Origin: a virus
Lineage: Duplodnaviria > Heunggongvirae > Uroviricota > Caudoviricetes
DNA length: 51,075 nt
Reading direction: 5' to 3' (one strand)
Virus record (IMG/VR): IMGVR_UViG_2872698443_000004
Location: 1-51,075 of that record
Notes under the pieces: model-generated
Seen by the model: the letters and a program-made list of their open reading frames with translations, nothing else
Database searches by the model: none
Told to the model about the DNA's origin: nothing
Translations under genes and position numbers: made by a program
Shown here: positions 49,222-51,075 of the stretch, piece after piece
Numbering within the stretch: the first letter of the stretch is position 1
Layout: each line of letters opens with the position of its first letter

Positions 49222-49254
49222 GAAAAAAGCCGCGTCTCCCGGAGAAGACGCGGC
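49222..49254 (-). terminator. Rho-independent terminator (minus strand)
   Basis: GCCGCGTCT-CCCGGAGA-AGACGCGGC hairpin with U-tract on minus strand; downstream of secreted-protein operon. Confidence 0.45.
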
Positions 49255-49397
49255 CTGACGGGTGAAATGAATAAGGTTTATTGTCTGAGAGGCCTTTCAC
49301 TGGCGAGCCACGCATTAAGCGGCTTTCCGGTAACAATGGCTGGGGCTGTATTTACCTTTGATATTAATAATGTGCAGAGAAACGCATGGTTTACTCC

Positions 49398-49808
49398 TTA
49401 GATTTTAAGTTTGTCCTGGGCTACAACGACAGGTTTTCCGGATGTGTCGATGACTCCTACCGTCGGTACGCCATTTTTGATTTCGAAGAACGGTTTGTTG
49501 CTACCTGAGCACAGTTGATTGTCCCCGTATTCAATCATTTGTGCTTTCCCGGTTTTCAGGTTAACTACCGAGACAGTGTAGTCGTAGCACCAGGCACCAC
49601 CACGTTCAAGCACGAAAACATAGCTGTTATCTTTATAGTTGAACTGATTCTTTGTCTGGCAATTCATACCGTCAATTTCGGTACAGGAAAACGCTTCTGT
49701 AGTATTAACGTATTTGATGTTATTTGGCAGTTTTACTTGTTTCGCAGTAGCGAAGACAGAGAACAGAATAGTTACAGCAACGAGTAAAGTTTTGATAAAA
49801 GTTTTCAT
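49398..49808 (-). CDS. Hypothetical secreted protein (136 aa)
   Basis: Signal peptide MKTFIKTLLVAVTILFSVFATA; four Cys; AT-rich. Confidence 0.55.
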   Translation of the reverse strand: MKTFIKTLLVAVTILFSVFATAKQVKLPNNIKYVNTTEAFSCTEIDGMNCQTKNQFNYKDNSYVFVLERGGAWCYDYTVSVVNLKTGKAQMIEYGDNQLCSGSNKPFFEIKNGVPTVGVIDTSGKPVVVAQDKLKI

Positions 49809-49823
49809 GATAGACTCCTTAAA

Positions 49824-50312
49824 TTAGTTAACCGCAGCTACGTAGTTTTTCACCAGATACGCGAATTCATGCACGCCAATTTCACCGAACCAAACCAGGT
49901 AGGCCGGGTCATCTAAACCAAAGTAACGGTAGCCAACAACTTCATGGGTTTTTGGGTTATAGAGTGTTACGATAAAGTCCCAGCCGCAGGTATTGGCTTT
50001 GCAACCGTCGCCCTGGAACCAGACTGTACCGTTAATGTTTACTGGCGTGATACCTCCACCAGGGCCATCCATATAGCCGCCTTTACCGAACATGCCGCTC
50101 AGTCCGACCGGTTTTAATGCTTTGTCGATAGCGGCTTTGTAGGTAGCGTCACCTTCGTACAACTCGTACGTTGATGGACACGCTCCAGGTTGTTCAGCCC
50201 AGGCTTCCGGGTTACAACTAAGAGCTTGTTTTACGGTAGCCGCTTCTGCGTTAAAGTTAAAGCCCGTGAACAGAACCGCCAGAAATAACATAAGGGTATG
50301 TAAACGTTTCAT
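49824..50312 (-). CDS. Hypothetical secreted protein (162 aa)
   Basis: Signal peptide MKRLHTLMLFLAVLFTGFNFNAEA; Gly-rich, several Cys; AT-rich. Confidence 0.55.
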   Translation of the reverse strand: MKRLHTLMLFLAVLFTGFNFNAEAATVKQALSCNPEAWAEQPGACPSTYELYEGDATYKAAIDKALKPVGLSGMFGKGGYMDGPGGGITPVNINGTVWFQGDGCKANTCGWDFIVTLYNPKTHEVVGYRYFGLDDPAYLVWFGEIGVHEFAYLVKNYVAAVN

Positions 50313-50614
50313 TGTAAATATTCTTCCGTTGTAAATGGCGCTGGAAAATTTCTCATCAGTGAAACCTTCCGGAAGTTTCCCCCCTTGTATGATGTATATC
50401 GCCAGTATTTTATTTCATCCCGGCTGTGATTTTTATATTCCCCGGCACGTGCAATAACGCTGACCAGAGATATAAGGCTCATTAATAACTTTACAGGTAA
50501 TTTCATAATTAAATTTCCAGTGAGTGAATTGACAGGTGAGGGGTAAAACTTTCTCTCAGGTAATATATATCTGAAAATATTTTCAATAACACCAGACAGG
50601 AAAAACACCACCAC
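50309..50614 (-). CDS. Hypothetical small protein
   Basis: 101-aa ORF overlapping start of downstream gene; internal Met MKLPVKLLMSLISLVSVIA may be true start; weak SD. Confidence 0.3.
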   Translation of the reverse strand: MVVFFLSGVIENIFRYILPERKFYPSPVNSLTGNLIMKLPVKLLMSLISLVSVIARAGEYKNHSRDEIKYWRYTSYKGGNFRKVSLMRNFPAPFTTEEYLQ

Positions 50615-50682
50615 AGGCGGTGGCGTTTCTTTGGGGCGTCTTTATTTAATCCGGGCCATCGCGTTTCTCAGTGCCAAATCTG

Positions 50683-51075
50683 GGTAATGACTCCAACTTA
50701 TTGATAGTGTTTTATGTTCAGATAATGCCCGATGACTTTGTCATGCAGCTCCACCGATTTTGAGAACGACAGCGACTTCCGTCCCAGCCGTGCCAGGTGC
50801 TGCCTCAGATTCAGGTTATGCCGCTCAATTCGCTGCGTATATCGCTTGCTGATTACGTGCAGCTTTCCCTTCAGGCGGGATTCATACAGCGGCCAGCCAT
50901 CCGTCATCCATATCACCACGTCAAAGGGTGACAGCAGGCTCATAAGACGCCCCAGCGTCGCCATAGTGCGTTCACCGAATACGTGCGCAACAACCGTCTT
51001 CCGGAGCCTGTCATACGCGTAAAACAGCCAGCGCTGGCGCGATTTAGCCCCGACATAGCCCCACTGTTCGTCCAT
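50683..51075 (-). mobile_element. IS1, second copy (partial, runs off window end)
   Basis: Same terminal repeat and sequence identical to first copy over 393 bp; same orientation. Confidence 0.9.
50698..51075 (-). CDS. insB: IS1 transposase InsB (truncated by window end)
   Basis: Identical to InsB C-terminal 125 aa of first copy. Confidence 0.85.
   Translation of the reverse strand: MDEQWGYVGAKSRQRWLFYAYDRLRKTVVAHVFGERTMATLGRLMSLLSPFDVVIWMTDGWPLYESRLKGKLHVISKRYTQRIERHNLNLRQHLARLGRKSLSFSKSVELHDKVIGHYLNIKHYQ

Noticed and set aside
1-51075. CRISPR array
   Set aside because: No regularly spaced short direct repeats were seen; the only tandem repeats are the ori iterons in O and the coiled-coil coding repeats.

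Overview
The window holds most of a mosaic lambdoid prophage (1..~40800), read here from its excisionase end, followed by chromosomal dacD-sbmC-yeeA-yeeX and a CP4-44-like islet, with two IS1 copies. The most interesting candidate for an undescribed system is a low-GC three-gene cargo cassette (34797..36326) wedged between two baseplate genes. All protein-family assignments are from reading the translations and recalled motifs; no database search was run.

Prophage layout, left to right:
- Leftward early operon on the minus strand: AlpA-like xis, several unknown genes, ssb, a Rad52-like annealing protein, kil-like and cIII-like genes, and a 322-aa coiled-coil protein. One gene in this operon is split by a complete IS1 (6413..7180) with a 9-bp target duplication.
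- Immunity region: N with an arginine-rich N-terminus, nutL and nutR with identical boxA, S24-type cI, cro, cII, and operators of the form TTAAGA-NN-TCTTAA.
- Replication and nin region: O with in-gene iterons, a DnaB-like helicase, ninB, a Dam-type methyltransferase, ninE, ninF, a Rha/KilAC antirepressor, rusA, ninH and a Q-like antiterminator.
- Late region: two tRNA genes, lambda-type S/R/Rz/Rz1, a second rha gene, a small antisense moron, terminase, portal and capsid genes, then a Mu/P2-like contractile tail module with a candidate -1 frameshift site in the tail assembly chaperone.

Flanking chromosome: dacD, sbmC, yeeA and yeeX are followed by a transposase remnant, yeeW, a frameshifted cbtA toxin next to an intact cbeA antitoxin, yeeT, yeeS, an antirestriction-like gene and a DUF932-like gene. 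An AT-rich operon of two signal-peptide proteins sits beside a second, window-truncated IS1 (50683..51075).
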